From Spirochaetia bacterium (GTDB taxonomy: Bacteria; Spirochaetota; Spirochaetia; CADAEX01), in assembly GCA_024402405.1 (NCBI GenBank), contig JAKSTW010000001.1, positions 77,190 through 141,189 of the forward strand: a stretch of DNA of 64,000 nucleotides, given 5' to 3'. Shown here piece after piece: positions 46,215 to 56,657 of the stretch. The first letter of the stretch is position 1; each line of letters opens with the position of its first letter. The notes below the pieces were generated by a model, which was not told where the DNA came from, searched no databases, and saw nothing but the letters and a program-made list of their open reading frames with translations. Made by a program: the position numbers and the translations under genes.

Positions 46215-48326
46215 TTAAGGAGTTGAATACTGCTTATATACTGCATCTGTAATTTTTTCAATATTCTGCTTGATATATTCATTTTCAGGATAAAGCTTCA
46301 GAATCGTATCCTGCAGTTCTGCCCTGGAATACTGATGTGGCTGTGTCGTTACTTCTACTTCAACTATCTGACCATCTTTCACAGCCATTTCATATTTATA
46401 TGGTTTGTCGTGCCATGTAGCAACAGGAGCAGATAATATCTCATGTCCATTTATTTTAATAGAAGAATAATCCGCCCAAAGAGGGAAACGGACATTATCT
46501 ATTCTTTTATCAATTCCCTTGAAAGCAAGTTTAAGCTGGCCATTATTTTTTATCTCAATGGTCATTTTCTGCTTCGCAATTGAACTCTCAACGACCTTTC
46601 CATGTCCCTTGGAATCAGAAAACCATGAAGGTTCAGTAACTTTTTCTGTACTTTTAATTACAATACGATTATTCTCACCACCATAATTCTTTATATCTAT
46701 GCGTGAAGAATTCAGTATAGAAAGGAGATAATGTTTTATTGGATCCATATGGGAAATTTTTGATGTCGACTGCCATTGCTTATCCTTTCCAAAGACCTCA
46801 CTTCTGAGCCAGTCAGTACGAACAGCCAGCCAATATGAAATATAATTCATATCCTCCTGAACAGTATTATAATTTTTACTCCACCTGACAGAATCATATT
46901 TTCTGGACTGATTTATCTCATCGATCAATGCCTTATCAAAACTATGAAAAAAATCCTGCACATCATTCTGCACAGATTCTGTCATCAGAGACATTTTTTC
47001 ATTATAAATTTTCTGGAATGCAGGATTTTTACTATTAATAAAATCATTTTCATAAAAATTTGTTTTAATTTCTCCGGTCTGTGTTATGTAATTAAATGTC
47101 GAATCAAAATCCCATACTGTAGCTATTTTTATCTTTGAATTTTCTGTATTATCATACTTTACTAAATATTTATTTGTTCCATATCGGTCTTTGGTTCCTA
47201 CAATATTATGAAAAAGATAAAAGCTGGTAAAAGAATCAACATCCAGAATATCATCGTATGTACCTTGCTTTATAGAATTTTTCATTTCATCTATCTCTCT
47301 CTTCACAGCAGAAATTCTTTCATCATCTAAATCTTTATCTTCAGGGTATTTAAAAGAATAATAATTAGAAGATCGAAATTTCTTTTTATCCTCAAACTGA
47401 CTGCGCCATAAATTCTCAACACAGAAACCGCTTTTATCAACCAATATTTTATTCTCAGTACCTGCTTCTACTGCTTCAATCAGCAGATAAATTCCTCTAT
47501 ACTCATTGTTCATCACCACATTCACAAATGTCCACTTTGGAATCCAGTCAAAATCAAATTTCGATGCTATATGAAAAGCAGTTACTGTATTCAGGGTATT
47601 GGCATCCCAGAGCAGACTCCATTCTTTTGACTTATATCCGGTACTTTTGCCAGTGATACATTCCAGTAGATCAGCATCTTTCTCAAGTTTTATCTTATAT
47701 GGTTTCTTGGAACCATAAGCACTGCTGTTTCCCCTTATACGGATTTTCATTCCTGACTGTTTCTTTGCATACTCCCCGCTGTCATAAAGAACTCTTTCCG
47801 CTTTTAATATTTTAACCTGCCCCGGTACTTTTATTTTATTTTCAACAGTCCAAGCTTTGGTTTTTTCCTTAGTATATTCTGCTGTAGGCTCCACATTATC
47901 TACTGTATTAATATTCAAAACAGGAAGCGCATCAATTTTCTGAGTCACATGGGCTGTCCTAGTATAAGCAAGTTCTTCAGCACCATCTGACACTGTTTTT
48001 ATTTGGCAGAAATAATCATTTTCAAGGTAGTTACTTCTAGGAATCGGCAAAGTTATAACAATCTTACTACCTTTTTTCAGGGAATATATACTGCCTGAAT
48101 CTTCCAATGAGATAGCAGATTCCATGCTGTTTCCATTAAACCACTGGACATTGACCTGACAATTTCTATTGGCCTGGATCTGAAAACTCAATTCATACTT
48201 TTCTTCTTCATACATCTGAAAAGTTATATCTTCAGGCTGAGAAATAATAGAAATAAATTCTTCCTCATTACTGCACGATACAGCAAGCAAGGTCAAAATA
48301 ATTATAAAAATTAAATATCTTTTCAT
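46215..48326 (-). CDS. Secreted lipoprotein with central CotH-like (atypical kinase fold) domain and C-terminal domain shared with 39193..41196
   Basis: Likely start at MKRYLIFIIILTLLAVSCSNEEEF (lipobox LAVSC); the ORF-track start 48410 overlaps the metK stop. Central region IRIRGNSSAYGSKKPYKIKL...NKYLVKYDN...ATVWDFDSTFNY resembles CotH-family motifs (recalled, not searched). C-terminal RIDIKNYGGENNRIVIKS...WHDKPYKYEMAVKDGQIVEV. Confidence 0.4.
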   Translation of the reverse strand: MKRYLIFIIILTLLAVSCSNEEEFISIISQPEDITFQMYEEEKYELSFQIQANRNCQVNVQWFNGNSMESAISLEDSGSIYSLKKGSKIVITLPIPRSNYLENDYFCQIKTVSDGAEELAYTRTAHVTQKIDALPVLNINTVDNVEPTAEYTKEKTKAWTVENKIKVPGQVKILKAERVLYDSGEYAKKQSGMKIRIRGNSSAYGSKKPYKIKLEKDADLLECITGKSTGYKSKEWSLLWDANTLNTVTAFHIASKFDFDWIPKWTFVNVVMNNEYRGIYLLIEAVEAGTENKILVDKSGFCVENLWRSQFEDKKKFRSSNYYSFKYPEDKDLDDERISAVKREIDEMKNSIKQGTYDDILDVDSFTSFYLFHNIVGTKDRYGTNKYLVKYDNTENSKIKIATVWDFDSTFNYITQTGEIKTNFYENDFINSKNPAFQKIYNEKMSLMTESVQNDVQDFFHSFDKALIDEINQSRKYDSVRWSKNYNTVQEDMNYISYWLAVRTDWLRSEVFGKDKQWQSTSKISHMDPIKHYLLSILNSSRIDIKNYGGENNRIVIKSTEKVTEPSWFSDSKGHGKVVESSIAKQKMTIEIKNNGQLKLAFKGIDKRIDNVRFPLWADYSSIKINGHEILSAPVATWHDKPYKYEMAVKDGQIVEVEVTTQPHQYSRAELQDTILKLYPENEYIKQNIEKITDAVYKQYSTP

Positions 48327-48406
48327 TGAATTTATAATGTTCCAACCCTGATCTATATCCTTTGAGAGATAGGTACAATCACAGAAACATCGATAGCACC
48401 CATATA

Positions 48407-49561
48407 TCACAGTGCTCTTTTAATTGCTTCAACCTTATCCAGCTTTTCCCATGCAAAGATATCCCGCCCGAAATGCCCGTAAGAAGCTGTCCTGCGATAG
48501 ATCGGTTTTTTCAGATCCAGTGTCTTTATTATTCCGGCAGGTGAAAGATCAAAGATATCGGTGATCGCCTTCTCGATCTTCTTTTCTTCCACCACGGCAG
48601 TTCCGAAAGTATCCACCATGACAGACACAGGGAACGGCACACCGATGGCATAGGCCAGCTGGACTTCACAACGGCTGCAGGCACCTGATGCCACCACATT
48701 CTTGGCTATGTATCTGGCCATATATGCTGCAGAACGGTCGACTTTGCTGGGATCTTTTCCTGAGAAAGCACCACCGCCATGACGCCCCATGCCGCCGTAT
48801 GTATCAACGATGATCTTACGTCCTGTCAGTCCGGTATCCCCGTGGGGACCTCCTGTGACGAACCTGCCTGTAGGGTTAATGAAATAACTGGTACCCTCAT
48901 GGGTGAAGTTCTCTTCTTCAAGGACCGGATCTATGATCTGAGAAATGATGATATCCCTCAATTCCTCATAACTGATGTTCTCATCATGCTGATGTGAGAC
49001 AACCACAGTATCTATTCTTTTCGGAATAAAGCCCTCATACTCTATTGTCACCTGGCTCTTGGAATCAGGACGCAGACATCCGATGGTACCGCTTTTTCTC
49101 AGCTCAGTAGCTTTCAGAAGGATCTTATGTGCCAGCATGACAGGTGCAGGCATCAGCTCCTTTGTTTCAGAACAGGCAAATCCGAACATCAGTCCCTGGT
49201 CACCGGCTCCCTGCTGTCCTTTATACAGTCCGGTACCGGAAACACCCTGAGAAATATCAGGAGACTGGGAATGAATGGTATTCAGCACCGCCATGGAATC
49301 ACAGTCCAGACCATATTCAGCTTTGGTATACCCGATATCCTTAGCCACATCTCTGGCGATCTGCTGCACATCCACATATGTCTCAGTTGTGATCTCGCCG
49401 CCTATCAGAACCATTCCGGTAGTAGCAAAACACTCACATGCGACCCTGGATTCAGGATCATCCTGAAGGCAGGCATCCAGTACACCGTCGGAAATCTGAT
49501 CACAGAGTTTGTCAGGATGTCCCTCGCCCACGGACTCAGATGTAAATAAATATTTTTTCAT
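48407..49561 (-). CDS. metK: S-adenosylmethionine synthetase
   Basis: Start taken at [25 protein letters not shown] (the track ORF has 7 extra codons); [16 protein letters not shown] motif; full-length MetK. Confidence 0.9.
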   Translation of the reverse strand: MKKYLFTSESVGEGHPDKLCDQISDGVLDACLQDDPESRVACECFATTGMVLIGGEITTETYVDVQQIARDVAKDIGYTKAEYGLDCDSMAVLNTIHSQSPDISQGVSGTGLYKGQQGAGDQGLMFGFACSETKELMPAPVMLAHKILLKATELRKSGTIGCLRPDSKSQVTIEYEGFIPKRIDTVVVSHQHDENISYEELRDIIISQIIDPVLEEENFTHEGTSYFINPTGRFVTGGPHGDTGLTGRKIIVDTYGGMGRHGGGAFSGKDPSKVDRSAAYMARYIAKNVVASGACSRCEVQLAYAIGVPFPVSVMVDTFGTAVVEEKKIEKAITDIFDLSPAGIIKTLDLKKPIYRRTASYGHFGRDIFAWEKLDKVEAIKRAL

Positions 49562-49578
49562 ATCAAATCCCTCATAAA

Positions 49579-51003
49579 TCAATATCTGTAAAAATCAGGC
49601 TTGTAAGGACCTTCCACCGGAACTCCTATATAATCGGCCTGTGCCTGGGTCAGTGTTGTCAGCTTCACACCGATCTTCTCCAGATGGAGACGGGCAACTT
49701 CCTCATCAAGTTTCTTAGGCAATCTGTAGACCTCAGGTTTCAGCTCATTCTGCTTTTCCCACAGTTCGATCTGTGCCAGCACCTGATTGGTGAAAGAATT
49801 GGACATGACAAAAGATGGATGTCCTGTGGCACAGCCAAGATTCACAAGACGCCCCTCTGCCAAAATATAAATGGCACGGCCGTCTGGCAGGATATACATA
49901 TCATACTGCGGTTTGATATTCACATGTCTGATTCCCGGAACTTCTTTCAGCTTGCCGACCTGGATCTCGCTGTCAAAATGGCCGATGTTACATACAATAG
50001 CCTGATCTTTCATCTTAAGCATATGTTCCACTGTGATGACATCAATGTTGCCGGTTGCAGTAACATAAATATCAGCCTTGCCCAGAGTATCTTCTGTCGT
50101 TGTCACCTCATATCCTTCCATGGCAGCCTGCAGCGCACAGATAGGATCTGCCTCAGTGACCAGCACTCTGGCACCCATTCCACGCAGAGACTGAGCAACT
50201 CCCTTGCCCACGTCACCATATCCGCAGACAACAGCGACCTTACCGGCGATCATAACATCAGTTCCACGCTTGATACCATCCAGCAAGGACTCTCTGATTC
50301 CATACATATTGTCAAATTTGCTCTTTGTGACAGAATCGTTCACATTTATGGCAGGGAACAGCAGCTTTCCGGAAGCAGCCATATTATACAGACGGTGGAC
50401 ACCTGTGGTAGTCTCCTCAGAGACACCCCTCAGATCTTTGACCAGGTCATGCCAGTGATTTCTGTCCTTTTCATACACCTTCTTCAGCTGCTTTAAAAGA
50501 TAATATTCATCATTGCTTCCTGCCTTTTTATTCAGCAGTTCAGGATCGTTCTCAATATCATATCCCAGGTGAACCATAAGTGTGGCATCACCGCCATCAT
50601 CCACGATCAGCTGCGGTCCTTTTCCTCCAGGGAACGAGAAAGCATTGTACAGATACTCCCAGTATTCCTCAAGAGACTCACCCTTATAGGCAAACACATT
50701 TGCCCCGGCAGGCTCCTCTTTTGTTCCCTTGCCTACGACTACCCCGGCAGCTGCATGATCCTGAGTGGAAAAAATATTGCAGCTGGACCAGCGGACTTCA
50801 GCACCTAACTCAATCAATGTCTCTATCAGGACAGCTGTCTGTATGGTCATATGAAGAGATCCTGTGATTCTGACTCCCTTCAATGGTTTTGTCGGACCAT
50901 ATTTTTTTCTGATGGACATAAGTCCAGGCATCTCGTATTCAGAAACTGTTATTTCCTTTCTGCCCCAATCACACAAGTTTATGTCTTTGATAATATAATC
51001 CAT
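49579..51003 (-). CDS. ahcY: Adenosylhomocysteinase
   Basis: Start taken at [18 protein letters not shown] (ATG at complement of 51001-51003, preceded by GGAGGA SD); NAD-binding GYGDVGKG motif; the track ORF N-terminal extension lacks an RBS. Confidence 0.9.
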   Translation of the reverse strand: MDYIIKDINLCDWGRKEITVSEYEMPGLMSIRKKYGPTKPLKGVRITGSLHMTIQTAVLIETLIELGAEVRWSSCNIFSTQDHAAAGVVVGKGTKEEPAGANVFAYKGESLEEYWEYLYNAFSFPGGKGPQLIVDDGGDATLMVHLGYDIENDPELLNKKAGSNDEYYLLKQLKKVYEKDRNHWHDLVKDLRGVSEETTTGVHRLYNMAASGKLLFPAINVNDSVTKSKFDNMYGIRESLLDGIKRGTDVMIAGKVAVVCGYGDVGKGVAQSLRGMGARVLVTEADPICALQAAMEGYEVTTTEDTLGKADIYVTATGNIDVITVEHMLKMKDQAIVCNIGHFDSEIQVGKLKEVPGIRHVNIKPQYDMYILPDGRAIYILAEGRLVNLGCATGHPSFVMSNSFTNQVLAQIELWEKQNELKPEVYRLPKKLDEEVARLHLEKIGVKLTTLTQAQADYIGVPVEGPYKPDFYRY

Positions 51004-51067
51004 AGCTGTCCTCCATTCTAAGAAATTATCACTTTTATTTTTTTTTATAAAGTGGTATTGTTGTTTT

Positions 51068-52150
51068 ATGCTACATATTGCCGCCGGCACTATTATTTTT
51101 TTCATAGCTTTTTTCTCCAATATGATTTTCACACCGATCCTTATCAGACTGTCGCATAAATACAGCTGGTACGATTTTACTGATGCGAGAAAAATACATC
51201 CGGCAAAAATGCCCCGGATAGGCGGAGTCGGAATATTTGCAGGCTTTGCTCTGGCAGCCTTTGTATTTGTGGTCAGCTGCCATTGTTTTCACGTGAAACA
51301 ATTGAATGACCTTTCAAAATATGCCCATCTGCTGCTGGTCACAGGCTTTTTCATTATCACGACCATGGGGCTTCTTGATGATTTTCTGAATCTGAAGGCA
51401 AAACTGAAATTCTTTATACAGGTGCTAGCAGCCCTGTGTATCTCTCTCGGCGGATTCAAATTCGATATTTTTGCAATTCCAGGTACCGAAATAGGAATAA
51501 TGCTGCATCCTGTTGCTGCCCATGCACTGACAATTCTGTGGATAATCAGCTTTTGCAATGCCATCAATCTTCTGGATGGTCTGGATGGTCTGGCAGGCGG
51601 CGTCTCTTTCATCGGCGCAGTTTTTTATATAATAATCTTTACGATCACAGGAAACTTCACAGCGATTGCAGTCTCAATATGTATTCTTGGGGCGATCGCA
51701 GCATTCCTGTTTTTTAATTTTCCGCCGGCAAAAATCTATATGGGAGATTCCGGCAGCCTTTTCCTCGGATTTTCCATGGCAGTAATACCGCTGATAAACA
51801 ATGTGCCGCCAGTTTCCAGCAATGTCTTCCTTCCGTCACTGCTGATCTTCATCATACCGATAATCGACATGATAGCTGCTATAATCAGACGGAAACGCCG
51901 CGGTCTCTCAATATTCTCACCTGACAGAGAACATCTCCACCACAAGCTTCAGGATTTTGGCTTTTCCACCAGGAAAATCCTGGCAATAATCTATTCATTC
52001 ACTCTGATTTCCGGAATATCAGCAGTTATTTATGCAAAACTCACACTTCCATTCAACATGATATGGTTCTTTGCGATGTGGATCATATATATCATTCTGT
52101 TCTCGATCCTTCACTACAAGAATAAAGCAAGAAAGCAGCAGTCAAACTGA
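51068..52150 (+). CDS. wecA: Polyprenyl-phosphate N-acetylhexosamine-1-phosphate transferase (WecA/TagO family, MraY-like)
   Basis: 360 aa, ~11 TM; [19 protein letters not shown] and [15 protein letters not shown] motifs of the WecA/TagO/MraY family; not in a dcw cluster, so WecA/TagO-type rather than MraY. Confidence 0.7.
   Translation: MLHIAAGTIIFFIAFFSNMIFTPILIRLSHKYSWYDFTDARKIHPAKMPRIGGVGIFAGFALAAFVFVVSCHCFHVKQLNDLSKYAHLLLVTGFFIITTMGLLDDFLNLKAKLKFFIQVLAALCISLGGFKFDIFAIPGTEIGIMLHPVAAHALTILWIISFCNAINLLDGLDGLAGGVSFIGAVFYIIIFTITGNFTAIAVSICILGAIAAFLFFNFPPAKIYMGDSGSLFLGFSMAVIPLINNVPPVSSNVFLPSLLIFIIPIIDMIAAIIRRKRRGLSIFSPDREHLHHKLQDFGFSTRKILAIIYSFTLISGISAVIYAKLTLPFNMIWFFAMWIIYIILFSILHYKNKARKQQSN
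51284..51300. promoter_or_regulatory. Degenerate parS-like site TGTTTTCACGTGAAACA (one extra T in left arm) inside wecA coding sequence
   Basis: Seen directly; 12-bp core TTTCACGTGAAA is a perfect palindrome; compare with the perfect parS at 56608-56623. Confidence 0.45.
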
Positions 52151-52993
52151 TCATTCAGGCTTTTCCAGGCAGAACCTGCATATACGGCCGTCTCTTATTT
52201 CAGTAAGCACTATTCTGGCAGCTTTTTCAGTATCAACCTTTCCGCCAGAAATAAGGCATCCTCTTTTCCGCCCTATCTCTTCCAGAATCTCGTATGATTC
52301 TTTATTCTGAATATCTTCAATTTTAAGGTTAAATCGTTCACAAAGCTTTGCAGGATAAAGACTTCTGAAAATATCAAGTCCACGGCAGGCTATATCCTCA
52401 CGGAAGAGGATCTCATCATTGATACTTCCCAGAACAGCCAGTTTCTCCCCGACTTCCGGATCCTCGAATTTATGCCACAGGATACCTGGCGTATCAATAA
52501 CCTTCAACGATGCTGAGATCTTAAGGCTCTGTGAAACATCCTTTGTGACCCCGGGTCTGTTTCCGACACTTCTTGAACGGCGTCCCAGAAGATAATTTAT
52601 GATGGCAGATTTACCGACATTAGGCACACCCAGCACCATAGCTCTGACAGCTCTGTTGCCTGCCCAGCTCATATTGCGGCACAGATATTTACTTTTCTCA
52701 ATAAGCTGTGTCAGATTCTTTCCGGTCTTCACAGAAATCTGCACGACCTCTATATTTTCCGACGTTCTGAGTTTCTTCTCCCATAATGTCAGCATATTAG
52801 GATCTGCCAGATCAGATTTATTCAGCACCACCAGCCGCGGTTTCTTCCCAGTAAGCTCGCCTATCATGGGATTTCTGCTGGACAGCGGAATCCTGGCATC
52901 AAGAACCTCAATGACAATGTCTGCCTTGGTGAGATTTTCTTTGATAAGGCGCACAGCCTTTGTCATGTGCCCCGGAAACCACTGCAGCGGCAT
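52151..52993 (-). CDS. rbgA: Ribosome biogenesis GTPase A (YlqF/RbgA)
   Basis: MPLQWFPGHMTKA start; circularly permuted GTPase motifs NKSDL...GVPNVGKSAIIN...DTPG. Confidence 0.85.
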   Translation of the reverse strand: MPLQWFPGHMTKAVRLIKENLTKADIVIEVLDARIPLSSRNPMIGELTGKKPRLVVLNKSDLADPNMLTLWEKKLRTSENIEVVQISVKTGKNLTQLIEKSKYLCRNMSWAGNRAVRAMVLGVPNVGKSAIINYLLGRRSRSVGNRPGVTKDVSQSLKISASLKVIDTPGILWHKFEDPEVGEKLAVLGSINDEILFREDIACRGLDIFRSLYPAKLCERFNLKIEDIQNKESYEILEEIGRKRGCLISGGKVDTEKAARIVLTEIRDGRICRFCLEKPE

Positions 52994-53008
52994 TTACAGT
53001 ACCTGCCC

Positions 53009-54700
53009 TTATTTGGACCAGCTGTCTTTCAGTGAGACACTTCTGTTGAAGATCAGTTTATCTGCGGTAGAATCATAATCCAGTGAGAAATATCCCTGCC
53101 TAAGAAACTGATAATATTCGCCATTTTTCGCCTTGGCTTCTTTCAGTGAGACCTCACCCAGACAGTTTTCCAGGACCTTGAACGAATCAGGATTCAGACA
53201 ACTTAGGAAATCTCCATCCTCATCAGGATTCTCTTTAGTAAAGAGTCTGTCATAAAGGCGGACCTCAACTTTCAGATTTTCCTTTGCACTTACCCAGTGG
53301 GATGTTCCCTTGACTTTTCTTCCATCCTCTGTCCAGCCACCTTTGCTGGCAGGATCATAAGTACAGTGCACCTCAGTCACATTTCCATTCTCATCTGTCT
53401 TATAGCTGACACATGTAATGTAATATGCATGTTTCAGCCTTATCTCTTTTCCAGGTGACAGCCTGAAATATTTCTTAGGAGGATCGATCATGAAATCCTC
53501 TCTCTCGATATAAAGTTCACGTGTGAACGGAATTTTTCTGGTACCGCTGTTCTCCTGTTCAGGATTGTTCTCACCTTCCAGCCATTCGACCTGATCCTCA
53601 GGATAATTGTCGATAATGACTTTAAGCGGATCCAGAACCACCATACGGCGGAGAGCCCGCTGATTCAGATCTTCCCGGAGACAATGCTCCAGCAGAGCTA
53701 TATCCACGATGCTGTCCATCTTGGCAACACCGATCTTGGCTGCAAACTCTCTGATAGACTCCGGTGAATATCCTCTTCTTCTCAAACCTGAAATTGTAGG
53801 CATTCTCGGGTCATCCCATCCTTTCACATGATTTTCCTTGACCAATTTCAGCAGTTTTCTCTTGCTCATGACAGTATAATTCAGGTTCAGGCGGGCAAAC
53901 TCGATCTGCTGAGGATGATGCATTTCCTCAAACTGCTCCAGGAACCAATCATAAAGAGGACGGTGGCTCTCAAACTCCAAAGTGCAGATAGAATGGGTGA
54001 TTCCCTCAATTGAGTCCTCAAGGCCATGAGCCCAGTCATACATAGGATAGATACACCATTTATTGCCCTGACGCGGATGTGATGCCCTGACAATTCTGTA
54101 CATGACCGGATCACGGAAATTAAGGTTTCCTGATGCCATATCGATCTTTGCTCTCAATGTCTTGGAACCATCTGGGAATTCGCCATTTTTCATCTTTTCA
54201 AAAAGATCCAGGTTCTCTTCAACACTTCTGTTTCTGTATGGACTTTCCTTTCCTGGTTCTGTCAGCGTACCTCGGTATTCCCTGATCTCATCTGCTGAAA
54301 GATCATCCACATAAGCCTTCCCCATTTTTATCAGCCGGACAGCCAGTTCGTACATTTTATCAAAATAATTCGATGCATAGCAGACCTTATCGCCCCAGTC
54401 AAATCCCAGCCATCTGACATCTTCCTGAATAGAATCTATATATTCATTTTCCTCTTTTGCAGGATTGGTATCATCAAATCTGAGGTTTGTCCGTCCGCCA
54501 TACTGTCTGGCAATTCCGAAATTGAGACAGATCGACTTTGCATGTCCTATATGCAGATATCCATTAGGTTCAGGCGGGAATCTTGTGATCACAGCACCGC
54601 CGTTTTTACCATTGCTGATATCATCCTCAATGATTTTCTGAATAAAATTTTTAAGTACAATTTCTTTTTTATCTTCTTCCATACCATCCACCCATATCAT
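53009..54700 (-). CDS. glnS: Glutamine--tRNA ligase
   Basis: [25 protein letters not shown] (HIGH), VMSKRK (KMSKS-type); near-colinear with E. coli GlnS. True start may be the internal MEEDKKEI (54679). Confidence 0.85.
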   Translation of the reverse strand: MIWVDGMEEDKKEIVLKNFIQKIIEDDISNGKNGGAVITRFPPEPNGYLHIGHAKSICLNFGIARQYGGRTNLRFDDTNPAKEENEYIDSIQEDVRWLGFDWGDKVCYASNYFDKMYELAVRLIKMGKAYVDDLSADEIREYRGTLTEPGKESPYRNRSVEENLDLFEKMKNGEFPDGSKTLRAKIDMASGNLNFRDPVMYRIVRASHPRQGNKWCIYPMYDWAHGLEDSIEGITHSICTLEFESHRPLYDWFLEQFEEMHHPQQIEFARLNLNYTVMSKRKLLKLVKENHVKGWDDPRMPTISGLRRRGYSPESIREFAAKIGVAKMDSIVDIALLEHCLREDLNQRALRRMVVLDPLKVIIDNYPEDQVEWLEGENNPEQENSGTRKIPFTRELYIEREDFMIDPPKKYFRLSPGKEIRLKHAYYITCVSYKTDENGNVTEVHCTYDPASKGGWTEDGRKVKGTSHWVSAKENLKVEVRLYDRLFTKENPDEDGDFLSCLNPDSFKVLENCLGEVSLKEAKAKNGEYYQFLRQGYFSLDYDSTADKLIFNRSVSLKDSWSK

Positions 54701-55554
54701 TCAAAATTACTGATGAAATTCTGCAGCTCATCATTTGAACGATAAGAAATTATCAGTTTTCCTTTTTCCTCAGTTCCCTTGATGGAAACTTTGGTTTTCA
54801 ATAATTTTTTCAGCTTCTGTTCAATTTGAATCAAATCAGAACTTTTTTCAATGTTTTTTGATTTCTTTCCGCAATTATTTTCATTCATATCTGCTGCGAT
54901 CTTCTCAGCCTCACGCACAGATATCTGATTTCCAATAATTCTGTCAAAAAGTTTTTCTCTATTTTCTTCCGCATCTACTGAAAGCAATGCCCGGGCATGA
55001 CCTGCGGTGAGATGTCCCTGGGCCAGAGCGTTCTGCATTTCTGGCGACAGTTTAAGCAATCTTAGGCTGTTGGCTACAGTAGAACGGTTCTTGCCTACGA
55101 TTTTAGCCAGTTCATCCTGACTGAGATCTTCTTCAGCCATAAGTGCATTATACGCATTTGCTTCCTCAATAGGAGTCAGATCTTTTCTCTGGATATTTTC
55201 TATAAGGGCAATTTCCAGCTTTTCCCTGGGGGTAAATGTACCAAAAACCACGGGGATTGCTGTTAACCCCGCCATTTTTGCTGCACGATAACGCCTTTCA
55301 CCAGCAATAATCCTGTATCTGCCATCATTTTCTTTTTCCACAAGAATTGGCTGTATGATACCTTTTTCTTTTATAGAAGCAGCTAATTCTTCCAAAGCTG
55401 ATAGATCGAATTCCTTGCGCGGCTGATTCGGATTCGGAATGATTTTATCTATATCTATTTTCATGTCTGTCTGAACATTTTCTGAATATTCAGTTTTCAT
55501 CAACGCCTCAAGCCCACGTCCCAGCCGTTTTTTTTCACCGAGCAAATTAGACAC
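54697..55554 (-). CDS. parB: Chromosome partitioning protein ParB (Spo0J)
   Basis: [12 protein letters not shown]-terminus, [13 protein letters not shown] ParB box, HTH region. Confidence 0.9.
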   Translation of the reverse strand: MSNLLGEKKRLGRGLEALMKTEYSENVQTDMKIDIDKIIPNPNQPRKEFDLSALEELAASIKEKGIIQPILVEKENDGRYRIIAGERRYRAAKMAGLTAIPVVFGTFTPREKLEIALIENIQRKDLTPIEEANAYNALMAEEDLSQDELAKIVGKNRSTVANSLRLLKLSPEMQNALAQGHLTAGHARALLSVDAEENREKLFDRIIGNQISVREAEKIAADMNENNCGKKSKNIEKSSDLIQIEQKLKKLLKTKVSIKGTEEKGKLIISYRSNDELQNFISNFE

Positions 55555-56320
55555 GCTGCAATACCTCCTCTGCCAATCTTTTATATCCTATAGCACCCTG
55601 ACAGTTCGTCCTGTAAATATTGATAGGCTCGCCATGAGAAGGTGCCTCTGACAATGCTACATTTCTGGGAATGACCGTTCTGAATACCCTGTCACTGAAA
55701 TACGCTGTCACATCCCTGACAACTTCATTGGCAGACCTTATTCGTGAATCATACATTGTAAACACAATACCAAGTATTTTCAGAGATGGGTTCAAGCCAT
55801 GCCGCAGATTATTGACTGTATGAACCAAGAGACTCAGTCCTTCCAGAGCAAAATACTCACACTGCATTGGGATAATGATATAATCTGCCGCAACCAATCC
55901 GTTAAGAGTGAGGATGCCAAGAGATGGAGGACTGTCTATAAAAATATAGTCCCAGTTATCTCTGATACCATCAATAATATCTTTCAGATAGCTTTCCTTA
56001 TTTTCTAGTGAGATCAGCTCCACAGATGCTCCGCTCAGATTTATATTTGAACTTATGCCGTAAAGATTTTCCACCGGGGTCTTCTGTATCACTTCATCAG
56101 TGGTCTTATCCCCTGCCATAACCTCATATATTCCGGCAGTTTCTTTATTCAGACCGGCAGCCGAGGACAGATTTCCCTGAGGATCAAAATCTATAAGAAG
56201 TACTTTTTTGCCTTTTTCAGCGATATATGCGCCAAGATTGACAGTAGTGGTGGTTTTTCCTACCCCGCCTTTCTGATTGGCCAAAACAATTACTTTTCCC
56301 ATTGGTTTAGTATAGCACAC
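55547..56320 (-). CDS. parA: Chromosome partitioning ATPase ParA (Soj)
   Basis: KVIVLANQKGGVGKTTTTVNLGA deviant Walker A; start may be the internal MGKVIV (56302). Confidence 0.9.
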   Translation of the reverse strand: MCYTKPMGKVIVLANQKGGVGKTTTTVNLGAYIAEKGKKVLLIDFDPQGNLSSAAGLNKETAGIYEVMAGDKTTDEVIQKTPVENLYGISSNINLSGASVELISLENKESYLKDIIDGIRDNWDYIFIDSPPSLGILTLNGLVAADYIIIPMQCEYFALEGLSLLVHTVNNLRHGLNPSLKILGIVFTMYDSRIRSANEVVRDVTAYFSDRVFRTVIPRNVALSEAPSHGEPINIYRTNCQGAIGYKRLAEEVLQRV

Positions 56321-56376
56321 CTATTGAAAAATTTTCAATTGCTCTATATTCTAACTTTATAAATAAGGAGTCAGAT

Positions 56377-56604
56377 ATGTTAAAGGAACAGATAAGTGAA
56401 CTTATTCAGGATATTCGCCCAAGCCTTCAGGCAGATGGTGGAGATATCGAACTGGTCAGCGTAGATGACAATGGCCTGGTACTGGTAAAGCTCAAGGGAC
56501 ACTGCAACGGATGTCCGATGGCAAAAATGACACTTAAAAATGGTGTTGAAAATTATCTGAGAAAACAGCTTGCCAACGATTCCATAACTGTAGAAGAAGC
56601 ATAA
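56377..56604 (+). CDS. nfu: NifU-like (Nfu-type) Fe-S cluster scaffold domain protein
   Basis: 75 aa; ADGGDIELVSVDDNGLVLVKLKGHCNGCPM matches the NifU C-terminal domain with CxxC. Confidence 0.75.
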   Translation: MLKEQISELIQDIRPSLQADGGDIELVSVDDNGLVLVKLKGHCNGCPMAKMTLKNGVENYLRKQLANDSITVEEA

Positions 56605-56607
56605 AGC

Positions 56608-56623
56608 TGTTTCACGTGAAACA
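56608..56623. promoter_or_regulatory. parS: parS centromere site, perfect 16-bp palindrome TGTTTCACGTGAAACA
   Basis: Exact match to the ParB-binding parS consensus; lies 4 nt after the nfu stop and ~290 bp from parA. Confidence 0.85.
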
Positions 56624-56626
56624 AAA

Positions 56627-56657
56627 GCCCCATTTTCATGGGGCTTTATTTTTTTAT
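56627..56657. terminator. Bidirectional rho-independent terminator between convergent nfu (+) and gyrA (-)
   Basis: GCCCCAT-TTTC-ATGGGGC hairpin followed by TTTATTTTTTTAT on the plus strand and by A-rich (U-rich on minus transcript: UUUUGUUU) on the other side. Confidence 0.75.

Noticed and set aside
48327-48410. N-terminal extensions of track ORFs (lipoprotein 48327-48410, metK 49562-49582, ahcY 51004-51132, glnS 54680-54700, parA 56303-56320)
   Set aside because: The extensions overlap neighbouring genes or lack an RBS, and internal Met positions match canonical family N-termini. An SD (GGAGGA) precedes the ahcY internal ATG.
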